DNA of 64,000 nucleotides from an uncultured Clostridia bacterium. Lineage in GTDB: Bacteria; Bacillota; Clostridia; Lachnospirales; Anaerotignaceae. A model generated the notes under the pieces. That model searched no databases. It worked only from the letters and a program-made list of their open reading frames with translations, and had not been told where the DNA came from. Within the stretch, counting starts at the first letter, position 1; each line of letters opens with the position of its first letter. Below are positions 45,979 through 55,871 of the stretch, one piece after another. The stretch is from the NCBI GenBank assembly GCA_944383885.1, contig CALWRF010000017.1, positions 4,441 to 68,440 of the forward strand, in the 5' to 3' direction. Both the position numbers and the translations under genes were made by a program.

Positions 45979-48099
45979 ATGGGAAGGATACTGATAGTTG
46001 CCGAAAAGCCGTCGGTTGCAAGAGACATAGCCCGCGTTGTTGGCTGCAATAAAAAAAATGAAGGCTTTTTGGAGTCTGATAAATACATTGTTTCGTGGGC
46101 TTTAGGGCATTTGGTGGCTCTTTGCGAGCCAGAGGATTACGATATGTCTTATAAAAAGTGGACTATGGATAATCTGCCCGTAATGCCGGAAAACATGCGC
46201 CTTAAAGCCATTAAAAAAACGTCAAAACAGCTTACACTGCTTAAAAAACTTATGAACAGCAGTGAAATTGATTATATAATATGCGCTACCGATTCCGGAA
46301 GGGAAGGCGAGCTGATATTTCGTTATATATATCAGTTTGTAAAGTGCAGCAAGCCTTTTAAGCGTCTTTGGATAAGCTCCATGACAGATGAAGCGATAAA
46401 AGAAGGTTTAATTAATTTAAAAGATTCAAAAGAGTATGATAATTTGTATTTAAGCGCAAAATGCCGTTCCGAGGCTGACTGGCTTGTAGGCATAAACGCC
46501 TCAAGGGCGTATACAATAACCCATAAAGCTCTGCTTTCTGTTGGAAGAGTCCAAACGCCTACGCTTTATTTAATTGTTAAAAGACAAAATGAAATTGATA
46601 ATTTTAAAAGTACGGACTATTACGAAGTTCAGGCTGATTACGGAAATTTCAGCGGAATTTGGTTTAATGAAAAATACAGTAATACTCGCATTGACGACAT
46701 AAAAAAAGCTGAGGAAATAAAAAATAAAGTTAATAAAAAACAGGCGGCTGCCGCTTTAATAGAAAGCGAAAATAAAAAAGAATATCCGCCTCTTTTATAT
46801 GACCTTACAGAGCTTCAAAGAGCATCAAACCGCGCTTTTGGCTATTCGGCAAAAAAAACGCTTGATATAGCTCAAAACCTTTATGAAAAACATAAAATAA
46901 TTACCTATCCAAGGACAGACAGCAGATATATAACAGAAGATATGAAACAAACTGTACCTTTAATATTTAAAAAACTTGTTTCTGCCGATTTTTATAAAGA
47001 CGATATAAACCGCCTTAATTTAAAAGCTCTTAATTTCAGCAGGAGAATAGCTGACAACAGCAAGGTAAGCGACCACCATGCCATTATACCTGCCAACAAC
47101 AAGCCGGCATTAAACAGGCTTTCATCTGATGAGTTTAATGTTTATAATCTTGTGGTAAAAAGGTTTATAGCTGTGTTTTATCCGCCTTATGAATACAATA
47201 TAAAAACCGTTGTTGCATATTGCCAAAATGAAAGCTTTGTTTCAAAAGGCAAAACTGATTTGAATTTAGGCTGGAGATTAATAGAACCCTTAAAAGAGAA
47301 AGATGAAAAAACTGTTATACCGCCTGAATTAAAAAAGGGAGATATTTTAAACATTACATCGGCAAATGTATTAAAAAAGAAAACACAGCCGCCTAAACCG
47401 TACAACGAAGCCGCACTTCTTTCAGCTATGGAAAATGCCGGTCGTGATATAGAAGATGAAGGACTTAAAGAACAGATGAAAGATTCCGGCTTAGGCACAC
47501 CTGCAACAAGGGCGGCTATTATAGAGCGTCTTTTAAGCGTAGGATATATAAGAAGAAAAGGCAAAAGCCTTGTGCCGGAAGAAAAGGGAATAAGGCTTTG
47601 CGCAGCTGTGCCTGATGAAATAAAATCGGCTGAAACTACTGGAAAATGGGAAAAAGGTCTTTCTTCCGTTTCAAAAGGCAAAATGGCGCCTGACAGATTT
47701 ATGGGCAGTATTAAGAGGTTTGTACTGTTTCTTATAGATGATGCCCAAAAGAATAAAGGCGAGGTTGTTTTTGATGAGGAAACCCCGGCTAAAAAAAGAC
47801 GCGCTTCTTCTTTAGGCAAGTGCCCTGTATGCGGCAATAAAGTACTTGAAAATTCAAAGGCGTTTTATTGCTCAAACTGGAAAGAAGGCTGTAAATTTAA
47901 TGTGTGGAAAAATATCCTTGACAGGTATTCAAATACCATGGATGCCGCTAAAATGCGAAAAATACTGAAAAACGGCAGAACAGATAAAATTAAAATTACT
48001 ATGCCTCAAACAGGAGAAAGCGGGACTGCCGAGCTTGTTTTAAATAAAGACAGGAATTATATTGTTGAAATACAGAATTTTCAGCGCGACATAAAATAA
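45979..48099 (+). CDS. topB: DNA topoisomerase III
   Basis: It has a Toprim N-terminus (ILIVAEKPSVARDIA, ATDSGREGELIF), the YPRTDSRY active-site tyrosine motif and a C-terminal zinc ribbon (CPVCGNKV...YCSNWKEGCKF). The ATG at 45979 follows AAAGGAGAA; the track's upstream extension was rejected. Confidence 0.9.
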   Translation: MGRILIVAEKPSVARDIARVVGCNKKNEGFLESDKYIVSWALGHLVALCEPEDYDMSYKKWTMDNLPVMPENMRLKAIKKTSKQLTLLKKLMNSSEIDYIICATDSGREGELIFRYIYQFVKCSKPFKRLWISSMTDEAIKEGLINLKDSKEYDNLYLSAKCRSEADWLVGINASRAYTITHKALLSVGRVQTPTLYLIVKRQNEIDNFKSTDYYEVQADYGNFSGIWFNEKYSNTRIDDIKKAEEIKNKVNKKQAAAALIESENKKEYPPLLYDLTELQRASNRAFGYSAKKTLDIAQNLYEKHKIITYPRTDSRYITEDMKQTVPLIFKKLVSADFYKDDINRLNLKALNFSRRIADNSKVSDHHAIIPANNKPALNRLSSDEFNVYNLVVKRFIAVFYPPYEYNIKTVVAYCQNESFVSKGKTDLNLGWRLIEPLKEKDEKTVIPPELKKGDILNITSANVLKKKTQPPKPYNEAALLSAMENAGRDIEDEGLKEQMKDSGLGTPATRAAIIERLLSVGYIRRKGKSLVPEEKGIRLCAAVPDEIKSAETTGKWEKGLSSVSKGKMAPDRFMGSIKRFVLFLIDDAQKNKGEVVFDEETPAKKRRASSLGKCPVCGNKVLENSKAFYCSNWKEGCKFNVWKNILDRYSNTMDAAKMRKILKNGRTDKIKITMPQTGESGTAELVLNKDRNYIVEIQNFQRDIK

Positions 48100-48221
48100 A
48101 ACTGCTGCAAAAATATTATAAAAAAGTTATAAATATTTATAAAAAATATTGAAAGTCTTAAGGTTTTGAAATATACTCCAATTAGTACATAATCTAATGC
48201 ATAAAAGAGAGGGTGACATTA

Positions 48222-49118
48222 ATGAATATTGAGGCTGAGGCAGATAAATGGATGCGCAATGAAATAATAAGATTCTTGATAGGCATAGTTGGTGTTGCTA
48301 TATATTGTTTTGGAATTAATTATTTTATGGTGCCTTTAGGTTTGTACAGCGGCGGCTTTTTAGGTATCAGCCAGCTTATAAGAACATTCCTTGTTTCTGT
48401 TTTGGGAATTAACTTCGGCAATTTTGATATTGCAGGCTTGCTCTACTATTTAGCCAACATACCATTAATTATACTGGCTTATAAAATAATGCCTAAAACA
48501 TTTGTTATAAAGGTTTTTATAGTTTCTACAGCCATGACATTTTTCCTGTCTGTTATTAACATACCGAAAGAGCCTCTTCTTGATGAAAGGCTTACAAACT
48601 GTATTATAGGTGCTATAATAAGCGGATTTGGCGCAGGCACATATTTAAAATGCGGATGTTCAAGCGGAGGTACTGAGATTATAGGTATTTACTTTTTACG
48701 CAAAAACTATAACATCAGTATTGGTCAGGTAAACCTTTCGATAAACGCTTTTATATACCTTATGTGTCTCATGGTATTTAATGTTCAAACGGCTGTTTAT
48801 TCTATTATATTCTCAGTTGTAAGCACTCTTGTAATGGATAAAATTCATACACAGACTATCAATGTTGAGGCAATAATAATATCAAAAAAGAACAATGACA
48901 TAATAGAAAAACGAATACTGAAAGAAATGCAAAGAGGAATAACATATTGGGAAGCATACGGCGGATATACAAACGAAAAAAGCTATGTTATGTTTACTAT
49001 GATATCTAAATATGAGGTCCCTACATTAAAAAGAATTGTACATGAGGCAAATCCTCAGGCGTTTACTGTGTTTAAGGAAGGCGCAAATGTAAGCGGAAAC
49101 TTTATAAAGCATCTGTAA
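48222..49118 (+). CDS. YitT family membrane protein (DUF2179 C-terminal domain)
   Basis: About 298 aa and polytopic, with LYSGGFLGISQL and GGTEIIG motifs and a C-terminal soluble domain (GITYWEAYGGYTNE...LKRIVHEANPQAFTV). The ATG at 48222 follows GAGAGGGTG. Confidence 0.8.
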   Translation: MNIEAEADKWMRNEIIRFLIGIVGVAIYCFGINYFMVPLGLYSGGFLGISQLIRTFLVSVLGINFGNFDIAGLLYYLANIPLIILAYKIMPKTFVIKVFIVSTAMTFFLSVINIPKEPLLDERLTNCIIGAIISGFGAGTYLKCGCSSGGTEIIGIYFLRKNYNISIGQVNLSINAFIYLMCLMVFNVQTAVYSIIFSVVSTLVMDKIHTQTINVEAIIISKKNNDIIEKRILKEMQRGITYWEAYGGYTNEKSYVMFTMISKYEVPTLKRIVHEANPQAFTVFKEGANVSGNFIKHL

Positions 49119-49155
49119 CCAAAATTTTATTTATAATATTTTCAACGAATATTTT

Positions 49156-49190
49156 AAAACGCATGTCATTTTCAGATGTGCGTTTTTGTT
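49156..49190 (+). terminator. Intrinsic terminator after the yitT-like gene
   Basis: ACGCATGT (49159-49166) pairs with ATGTGCGT (49176-49183) with two G.U pairs, followed by T5. Confidence 0.65.
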
Positions 49191-49304
49191 TTTATTTTAT
49201 TATAAAAGAGTAAAAAGTTTATTATAATTTTAAAATATTATGGTAATTACTGAATTGTTTTGATATAATACTAAAATTAACAACTTATGAAAGGTGGGGT
49301 TTTA

Positions 49305-50234
49305 ATGCCTATTAAATTACCTGACCATCTTCCGGCAAAAGAAATACTTTATAATGAGGGTATATTTGTTATGGGTGAGGATAGAGCGTTCCATCAGGAT
49401 ATACGTCCGTTAAAAGTCGCTATACTTAACCTAATGCCTCTTAAAGAAGTTACGGAAGTACAGCTTTTAAGGCTCCTTGGCAACTCTCCGCTTCAGGTAG
49501 AAATTACACTGCTCTTTCCAAAGAGCCATGATTCCCAAAATACACCTGTTGAACATTTAAAGAGCTTTTACCATACATTTGATGAAGTTAAAAACCAAAA
49601 GTTTGACGGGCTTATTATAACCGGGGCGCCTATTGAGCTTATGGATTTTGAGGAAGTTGATTTCTGGCATGAATTAACTGAAATTATGGACTGGTCAAAG
49701 TCAAATGTAACAAGCACAATGCATATCTGCTGGGGCGCACAGGCTGGACTTTACTATCATTACGGTGTGCCTAAGATTATACTTGATAAAAAAATATCAG
49801 GGGTATTTCCACACTATAAAAATCCGTATCACGACAAGCTTTTAAGAGGTTTTGATGATATATTTTATGTTCCGCACTCAAGAAGGACGGAAGTAAGACG
49901 TGAGGATATTATTAATACAGGTAAAGTGGTTATTCTTTCTGAATCTGACGAATCAGGCGTTTACATAGCCTCAGCAAAACACGGAAGGCAGATATATGTA
50001 ATGGGTCACTCCGAATATGACGCGCTTACACTTAAAAATGAATATATGCGTGACTTGCAGAAGGGTCTTAACCCTGAAGTGCCTAAGCATTATTTTAAAG
50101 ATGACAATCCTAATAACATGCCTCTTGTAAGATGGAGATCACATTCGAATATTTTATTCTCAAACTGGTTAAATTACTATGTATATCAGGAAACACCTTA
50201 TGATGTGGAGAAAATAGAAAAAACAGAAGACTGA
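49305..50234 (+). CDS. metA: Homoserine O-acyltransferase MetA (succinyl/acetyl specificity not assignable)
   Basis: [11 protein letters not shown]...LNLMPLKE...TGAPIE...[15 protein letters not shown]...PHSR is the MetA family pattern. The ATG at 49305 follows AAAGGTGGGG. Confidence 0.9.
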   Translation: MPIKLPDHLPAKEILYNEGIFVMGEDRAFHQDIRPLKVAILNLMPLKEVTEVQLLRLLGNSPLQVEITLLFPKSHDSQNTPVEHLKSFYHTFDEVKNQKFDGLIITGAPIELMDFEEVDFWHELTEIMDWSKSNVTSTMHICWGAQAGLYYHYGVPKIILDKKISGVFPHYKNPYHDKLLRGFDDIFYVPHSRRTEVRREDIINTGKVVILSESDESGVYIASAKHGRQIYVMGHSEYDALTLKNEYMRDLQKGLNPEVPKHYFKDDNPNNMPLVRWRSHSNILFSNWLNYYVYQETPYDVEKIEKTED

Positions 50235-50418
50235 AATTAATTAGCCGTATTTTCGCTTTTTATGCGTTAAAACGGCTGATTTTGCATTATAGATAAAAAA
50301 TTTCAGCTGATTTTTATTGTTTTTTTATTGAACTAATATTGTTAAGGTGATATATTTAGTAAGTGTTGAACAGCAAATTAGTTATTTTTAAATTTTATAA
50401 TACAGGAGGAGGTTTAAA

Positions 50419-51498
50419 ATGAGTATTAAAAAATTTTTATCTTTATTGGCGGCAGTTGCTTTAGCTGTTACAGCTTTTGCAGGCTGTGGTTCTGATGAAA
50501 GCAGTTCAGAAAGCTCAAATATTATTGCTTCAGGCGATGGTGTTACTGTTGAAATTGTTGATGATGGTTCATCATCTAATGAACCAGCCTCACAGGGCGA
50601 AGCTATGAATGTTGCCATGCTTAAAGGACCTACGGCAATAGGAGCCGTTATGCTTATGAAGGAGCAGGATGAGGGCACAGCTGAAGGAAATTATAACTTT
50701 ACTATAGATACAGCGCCTGACAGTGTAGTAAGCAAAGTAATTTCAGGCGAGGTAGACGTGGCAGCTGTTCCTTCAAATTCGGCAGCGGCTATATACAACA
50801 AAACAGAAGGCGGCGTTGTTGTAGCGGCAGTTAATACTTTGGGTACTCTTTATTTACTTGAAAACGGAGATACTATAAATACAGTAGCAGATTTAGCAGG
50901 AAAAACTATAAATTCGTCAGGGCAGGGAGCTGTGCCTGAGTACGTATTTAACTATATTTTATCTCAAAGCGGAACTGAAAATGTAACAGTAAACTTTATG
51001 CAGGCTCATGACGAGCTGGCAGCTGCTGTAGCTTCAGGTGAAGTTGATAACGCACTTCTTCCAGAGCCTTATGCCGATGTTGCGCTTTCTAAAAATCCTG
51101 ATTTGAGGGTGGCTCTTGATATAGCCCAGTGCTATGACGAATATTCTGGAGTAGATAAGGGCGAAATGCCTAATACCCTTCCTATGGGCTGCATTATAAT
51201 AAGAAAAGAATATGCCGAAAATCATACTGAAGAGGTAAAATTATTCCTTGATGAATATAAAAAATCTATAGAAGAAGTAAACAGCAATATTGAGGAAAGT
51301 GCGAAATATGTTGTTTCTTACGGAATTATAGACGATGAAACTGTCGCTAAAGAGGCAATACCTAAATGCAGTATTTATTATATAGACGGCGACGAGATGA
51401 AAAATGTTATGGGGAGCTTCCTTAGCATTATGAATGAGGCTAATCCTAAGTCAATAGGCGGCAGTATGCCGGGTGATGACTTTTATTATGCCGGATAA
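50419..51498 (+). CDS. ABC transporter substrate-binding lipoprotein (NMT1/THI5-like, nitrate/sulfonate/HMP family)
   Basis: The signal peptide has the lipobox LAVTAFAGC. The mature domain resembles NMT1-type periplasmic binding proteins. A CAGGAGGAGG SD is present. Confidence 0.75.
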   Translation: MSIKKFLSLLAAVALAVTAFAGCGSDESSSESSNIIASGDGVTVEIVDDGSSSNEPASQGEAMNVAMLKGPTAIGAVMLMKEQDEGTAEGNYNFTIDTAPDSVVSKVISGEVDVAAVPSNSAAAIYNKTEGGVVVAAVNTLGTLYLLENGDTINTVADLAGKTINSSGQGAVPEYVFNYILSQSGTENVTVNFMQAHDELAAAVASGEVDNALLPEPYADVALSKNPDLRVALDIAQCYDEYSGVDKGEMPNTLPMGCIIIRKEYAENHTEEVKLFLDEYKKSIEEVNSNIEESAKYVVSYGIIDDETVAKEAIPKCSIYYIDGDEMKNVMGSFLSIMNEANPKSIGGSMPGDDFYYAG

Positions 51499-51513
51499 GG
51501 GTGAATTTTAAAG

Positions 51514-52263
51514 TTGAAAAAAGACCGTAAAGAATTTATGTCAAAAGCCGTTTCGGTTTTAATATGGGTGCTTATATACCAAGCTGTAAGCCTTTATGTT
51601 GGCAAATCGCTTCTTGTGCCTACAGCAGGCGATATACTGCGGGCATTTATGGGTATGTGCACTGGCGCTGAATTCTGGAGTACGGTCTTTTTTTCGCTTA
51701 TAAGGGTAATAACGGGCTTTGCTTTATCTGTAATAGCAGGGCTGATTTTGGCATGGTTTTCCTACAAATACAAGATTATTTATAACTTTGTATATCCTGT
51801 TTTAAGTGTTATAAAGGCTGCGCCTGTGGCGTCTTTTATTATTCTTGCCCTGCTTTGGATTCGCTCCGGACTTGTGCCGGCATTTATTTCTTTTTTAATG
51901 GTTCTGCCAATGGTATGGAGCAATGTTCTTCAGGGGTTTATGGAAACGGATAGAAAACTTATTGAAATGGCTGATGTATTTGATTTTACTGTTAAAAGAA
52001 AAATCAGAATGATATACATTCCGCAAATTATACCGTATTTTAAAACAGCGTGCATAACGGGATTGGGTTTTGCGTGGAAAAGCGGTATAGCGGCTGAAGT
52101 TATAAGCACGCCTGAGCTGTCTGTAGGCAGAAAGCTTTACGAGTCGAAAATATACATAGAAACACCGGAGCTTTTTGCGTGGACTCTTACTGTAATTATA
52201 TTAAGTATACTTGCTGAAAAAGTTTTCAGTGCTTTGCTTAACAGGTTTATAAAGCTAAGGTGA
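51514..52263 (+). CDS. ABC transporter permease (BPD_transp_1, Ssu/Tau/Nrt-type)
   Basis: 249 aa with about 6 TM helices and an EAA-like loop (MADVFDFTVKRKIRMIYIPQIIPY). It is contiguous with the SBP and ATPase genes. Confidence 0.8.
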   Translation: MKKDRKEFMSKAVSVLIWVLIYQAVSLYVGKSLLVPTAGDILRAFMGMCTGAEFWSTVFFSLIRVITGFALSVIAGLILAWFSYKYKIIYNFVYPVLSVIKAAPVASFIILALLWIRSGLVPAFISFLMVLPMVWSNVLQGFMETDRKLIEMADVFDFTVKRKIRMIYIPQIIPYFKTACITGLGFAWKSGIAAEVISTPELSVGRKLYESKIYIETPELFAWTLTVIILSILAEKVFSALLNRFIKLR

Positions 52264-52270
52264 ATTAACT

Positions 52271-52915
52271 ATGATTTATTTTAAAAATATTAATAAAGCT
52301 TATGAAAAAACTGTTTTTTCGGATTTCAGCATGGATATTAATGATGGCGGCATTACAGCGCTTTTAGGTCCGTCAGGCTGTGGCAAAACAACACTTATAA
52401 ATATGCTTTTGGGTTTTGAAAAGCCGGATAATGGCAGTATATCGGGTGCGGAAAGCAAGAGCTTTTCAGTAGTGTTTCAGGAAGACAGGCTTCTTGAAAG
52501 CTTTACTGTTAAAGAAAATGCCATGGTTTCATGCAGGGACGAGAAACTTTGCAGAAAAGTACTTGAGTTTTTGGATTTGTATGATTTTGCTGCTTTTTAC
52601 ATAGACGAGCTTAGCGGAGGCATGAAAAGAAGAACCGCGATTGCCAGATGCCTTTTAAAAAACGCAGATATTTATATATTAGATGAACCGTTTAAGGGCA
52701 TTGATGAAGTTTTGAAGAAAAAAATAATTACAGCTATGAAATATTATTTAAAAGGGAAAACATGCCTTTTAGTAACCCATGATATTGAAGAAGCTGTGCA
52801 GATGGCTGACTGGATTAAAATAATGAAAAGTAATCCATCTGAAATTATTAAAGATGTCAGTACTAAAGAAATAGATACGGGTTTTATAGAAGATTTTAAA
52901 AACGGGACATTATAG
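52271..52915 (+). CDS. ABC transporter ATP-binding protein
   Basis: Walker A is GPSGCGKTT, the signature is LSGGMKRR and Walker B is IYILDEPF. It is short (214 aa) with no regulatory C-terminal domain. Confidence 0.85.
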   Translation: MIYFKNINKAYEKTVFSDFSMDINDGGITALLGPSGCGKTTLINMLLGFEKPDNGSISGAESKSFSVVFQEDRLLESFTVKENAMVSCRDEKLCRKVLEFLDLYDFAAFYIDELSGGMKRRTAIARCLLKNADIYILDEPFKGIDEVLKKKIITAMKYYLKGKTCLLVTHDIEEAVQMADWIKIMKSNPSEIIKDVSTKEIDTGFIEDFKNGTL

Positions 52916-52940
52916 CTTTACAAGTATTTTGCTGTTATAT

Positions 52941-52977
52941 AAAAAGAGGGCGGAATAATAAAACCGCTCTCTTTTTA
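52941..52977. terminator. Intrinsic terminator after the ABC operon (A-run upstream, so possibly bidirectional)
   Basis: AGAGGGCGG (52945-52953) pairs with CCGCTCTCT (52964-52972), followed by T5. Confidence 0.7.
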
Positions 52978-53040
52978 TGTACGCCATTTGCTATAACTTA
53001 TTTATAACTTATTAACATCATTCAAGAAATTAAAAACTGT

Positions 53041-53673
53041 TTAAGCTTTATATGGTTTTCTAAGTTCATCGTCTTTTCTTAAATCAAGATATTCAACTAT
53101 TAATTTAACGGCGTCTTCTGCGCTTAGATAATTCATATTAATCATTAAATCGTAGTTGTTCGGATCTCCCCATTTGTTGCCTGTATGGTAGTTGTAGTAA
53201 GCTTCACGAGCTTTATCTACTTTGCGTACTTCTTTTTCGGCATTATCTCTGTTAATGCCATAGTCAGTAATAGCTCTTGCCACTCTTGTCTGGAATGAAG
53301 CGTATGTATATATATTTACGCAGTTTTGATAATCTTTTAATACATAGTCAGCGCATCTGCCTAATACTACACAAGGACCGCTGGAAGCTACATCACGAAT
53401 TACCTGTGACTGGACGCTGAATATTTTTTCGTTAAACGGCATGCCGTAAATTTGTGTTTCAGGTCCAAGCCTTGAAAGCAGATAAAGGAAGTTATTGCCA
53501 GCCTGAAGCTCAGCTTCTTTAAAAAGCTCATCTTTTATTCCACTTTTTTCAGCAGCCAATGAAATAAGTTCATTGTCATAATAAGGTATATTAAGTTCTT
53601 TTGCCAAAAGCTCGGCTACTTTCCTTCCGCCGCTGCCATACTGCCTGCTTATAGTAATAATTGCGTTCTTCAT
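53041..53673 (-). CDS. Cytidylate kinase-like family protein (AAA/P-loop)
   Basis: MKNAIITISRQYGSGGRKVAELLAKELNIPYYDNELI is the typical N-terminus of this family. The ATG at 53673 follows AAAGGGGG by 8 nt; the track's upstream start was rejected. Confidence 0.8.
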   Translation of the reverse strand: MKNAIITISRQYGSGGRKVAELLAKELNIPYYDNELISLAAEKSGIKDELFKEAELQAGNNFLYLLSRLGPETQIYGMPFNEKIFSVQSQVIRDVASSGPCVVLGRCADYVLKDYQNCVNIYTYASFQTRVARAITDYGINRDNAEKEVRKVDKAREAYYNYHTGNKWGDPNNYDLMINMNYLSAEDAVKLIVEYLDLRKDDELRKPYKA

Positions 53674-53850
53674 ACTGATTGCCCCCTTTATCAAACAACT
53701 ACTTTATAAATTAATTATAGTGCATTTGGCTGAATTTTTCAATATTAAATGAAATTTTTAATACAATATATGCTGTATTTTTAAATGCTGTGATTTATTA
53801 TTCAACAATCTAAACAAAAAAACAACAGAATTGATTATTTGCTTTAATAT

Positions 53851-54339
53851 TTAAAAATCAAGTATCATATCGTACCAAACAGCTCCGCCGTGAACTGATT
53901 TTGATACGCCGAGATTTTTATAACCGAACTTCTCATAATAATGTATAAGTTCTTTTTTGCATGTAAGTATTAAACCTGTGCGTCCGGATTTTTTGGAGTT
54001 TTCAATCATTTTGTCCATAAGCATAGCGGCAATTCCGCAGCGCCTTTTTTCTGGTATTACATCAAGACCGAATATAGCCTGATAAGAGCCGTTTGGATTA
54101 TGATAATTAACATCTTCAAACATCTCATCGGATATAAAAAATGAATTTGTTATACAGCCGTTAATAAAGCCTATAGGCTTGCCATCTTCAAAAGCTATTA
54201 AAAATGAGTCTGGAAAAGTAATAATCCTTTGTTTAAATATGTTTCTTGTTGCAGCCTCGCTTTTAGGAAAACATCTGGCTTCAATTTCTGCTACAGCGTC
54301 TAAATCTGAAAGATTTGCAGTTCTAATTGTTAATGACAT
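53851..54339 (-). CDS. GNAT family N-acetyltransferase
   Basis: 162 aa. VIPEKRRCGIAAMLMDKMIENSKKSGRTGLILTC...YYEKFGYK is GNAT motif A/B. Confidence 0.8.
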   Translation of the reverse strand: MSLTIRTANLSDLDAVAEIEARCFPKSEAATRNIFKQRIITFPDSFLIAFEDGKPIGFINGCITNSFFISDEMFEDVNYHNPNGSYQAIFGLDVIPEKRRCGIAAMLMDKMIENSKKSGRTGLILTCKKELIHYYEKFGYKNLGVSKSVHGGAVWYDMILDF

Positions 54340-54401
54340 AATTATCTCCTTTTATTATATAAATGTTTTTTAAATATCTTCTAAAAAAGTTATAAAAGCT
54401 A

Positions 54402-54429
54402 TAAAAATACGCGCCGCTTAAGGCGCGTA
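54402..54429 (-). terminator. Intrinsic terminator of fba
   Basis: ACGCGCC (54409-54415) pairs with GGCGCGT (54422-54428). T5 follows on the minus strand. Confidence 0.7.
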
Positions 54430-54459
54430 CAGTTTATAGAGTGTTTAATTAATATTTAA

Positions 54460-55407
54460 TTAATTCATGGAATCGGTACTGCCTAAGACATTTACTATCT
54501 TGCTTTCCACCATTGCGACAATGTCTTTTCTTGCGTCGCCTAAATAGCCTCGTGGGTCGAAAGCTTCAGGTTTTTCGGCAAGAGCCTTCCTTACTGCCGC
54601 CGTCATGGCAAGGCGTATATCTGTATCCATGTTAATTTTGCATACAGCCATTGATGAAGCTTTTCTTAACATTTCAACAGGAATGCCTTTTGCACCTTTA
54701 ATCTGACCGCCGTATTCATTACATGTTGCTACAGCGTTCTGGTCAACTGAAGACGCGCCGTGAAGAACTATAGGATAATTGTGAAAACCTGCCACCTCAA
54801 GCTTGTCTGTAATTGTCTGGAGTCTTTCAAAATCCAGTTTTGCTTCGCCTTTAAATTTGTATGCTCCGTGACTTGTGCCTATGGCAACTGCCAAAGAGTC
54901 AACACCTGTGCGTTTAACAAAATCAACAGCTTGGTCAGGGTCTGTGTATGTGGCATTTCCGGCAGCAACATTAACTTCGTCCTCAACTCCGGCAAGCTTG
55001 CCAAGCTCGGCTTCAACAACTACGCCTCTTGCGTGGGCATAATCAACAATTTCTTTTGTTTTAGCTACATTTTCTTCATAGTCAAAATGCGAACCATCGA
55101 ACATAACAGACGTAAATCCATAGTCAATGCAGTCTTTGCATGTTTCAAAATCAGGACCATGATCGAGATGAAGGGCAATATCAAGACCTGTTTCCTCAAC
55201 AGCTGCATCTACCATTTTTTTAAGGTAAAGCGGATGGGCATATTTAAGCGCGCTTTTTGAAACCTGAAGTATAACAGCTGAATTATGCTTCTTGCAAGCC
55301 TCAACAACACCCTGAATAATTTCCATATTATTGATATTAAATGCGCCTATTGAGTAATTTCCTTTAAATGCTTTTTCAAACATATTTTTTGTAGTTACTA
55401 AAGCCAT
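54460..55407 (-). CDS. fba: Class II fructose-1,6-bisphosphate aldolase
   Basis: MALVTTKNMFEKA...GAFNINNMEIIQ...LHLDHG...GTSHGAYKF...LHGASS are the class II FBA motifs. The ATG at 55407 follows GAAAGGTGG by 8 nt. Confidence 0.93.
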   Translation of the reverse strand: MALVTTKNMFEKAFKGNYSIGAFNINNMEIIQGVVEACKKHNSAVILQVSKSALKYAHPLYLKKMVDAAVEETGLDIALHLDHGPDFETCKDCIDYGFTSVMFDGSHFDYEENVAKTKEIVDYAHARGVVVEAELGKLAGVEDEVNVAAGNATYTDPDQAVDFVKRTGVDSLAVAIGTSHGAYKFKGEAKLDFERLQTITDKLEVAGFHNYPIVLHGASSVDQNAVATCNEYGGQIKGAKGIPVEMLRKASSMAVCKINMDTDIRLAMTAAVRKALAEKPEAFDPRGYLGDARKDIVAMVESKIVNVLGSTDSMN

Positions 55408-55871
55408 TGGAAGAACCACCTTTCATTAGTAAAAAATAATATTACTGCTCATTATTAATTATAATACTTGCGCAGTGTTTGTACAAGAATTTATTATATC
55501 GCAATATGTCGATTAAAATACTTATTAAAATATATTTTACTCATATTTGAAAAAATAATTTTATTCAGTACTAACATTACGAAAACGGTAATATTAAATT
55601 TAATAAACATATACGCCTTTAAATTTATTATATTTGCTTTTTGGGCTAAATGCAATACGGCTTGCTTATTTCGGTGCAAAATTAGATAAATATTTATATA
55701 TATAACTGCAATTATTTGTTAAAAACGTGCCATGATTTTACTGGTAATACCAAATTAAATATAAAGTTTATAATAAATTTTAAATATGTATTCTCATATT
55801 GCAGATTTTGTGTTAAAATTAAATAAACTAAAGTAGCAGAATATTTTACATTTCAAATTCCTTAATATGGA

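Noticed and set aside
47187-47837. A 216-aa ORF antisense to topB. Similar long antisense ORFs occur at 6592-7131 in radA, 12842-13357 in putP, 3385-3885 in thrS, 9561-9989 and 10278-10739 in pyc, 59036-59470 in comM, and 54760-55260 in fba.
   Set aside because: Each lies entirely within a strongly supported conserved gene on the other strand. Their compositions are low-complexity (Ser/Leu/Phe-rich), they lack SD sequences, and they are the expected by-product of codon-biased genes in AT-rich DNA.
55468-55689. 73-aa (+) and 61-aa (-) ORFs in the fba/lspA spacer.
   Set aside because: They have no SD, extremely AT-rich Ile/Lys/Phe/Asn-dominated translations, and mutually overlapping frames. 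They are most likely chance ORFs in a promoter-rich spacer.
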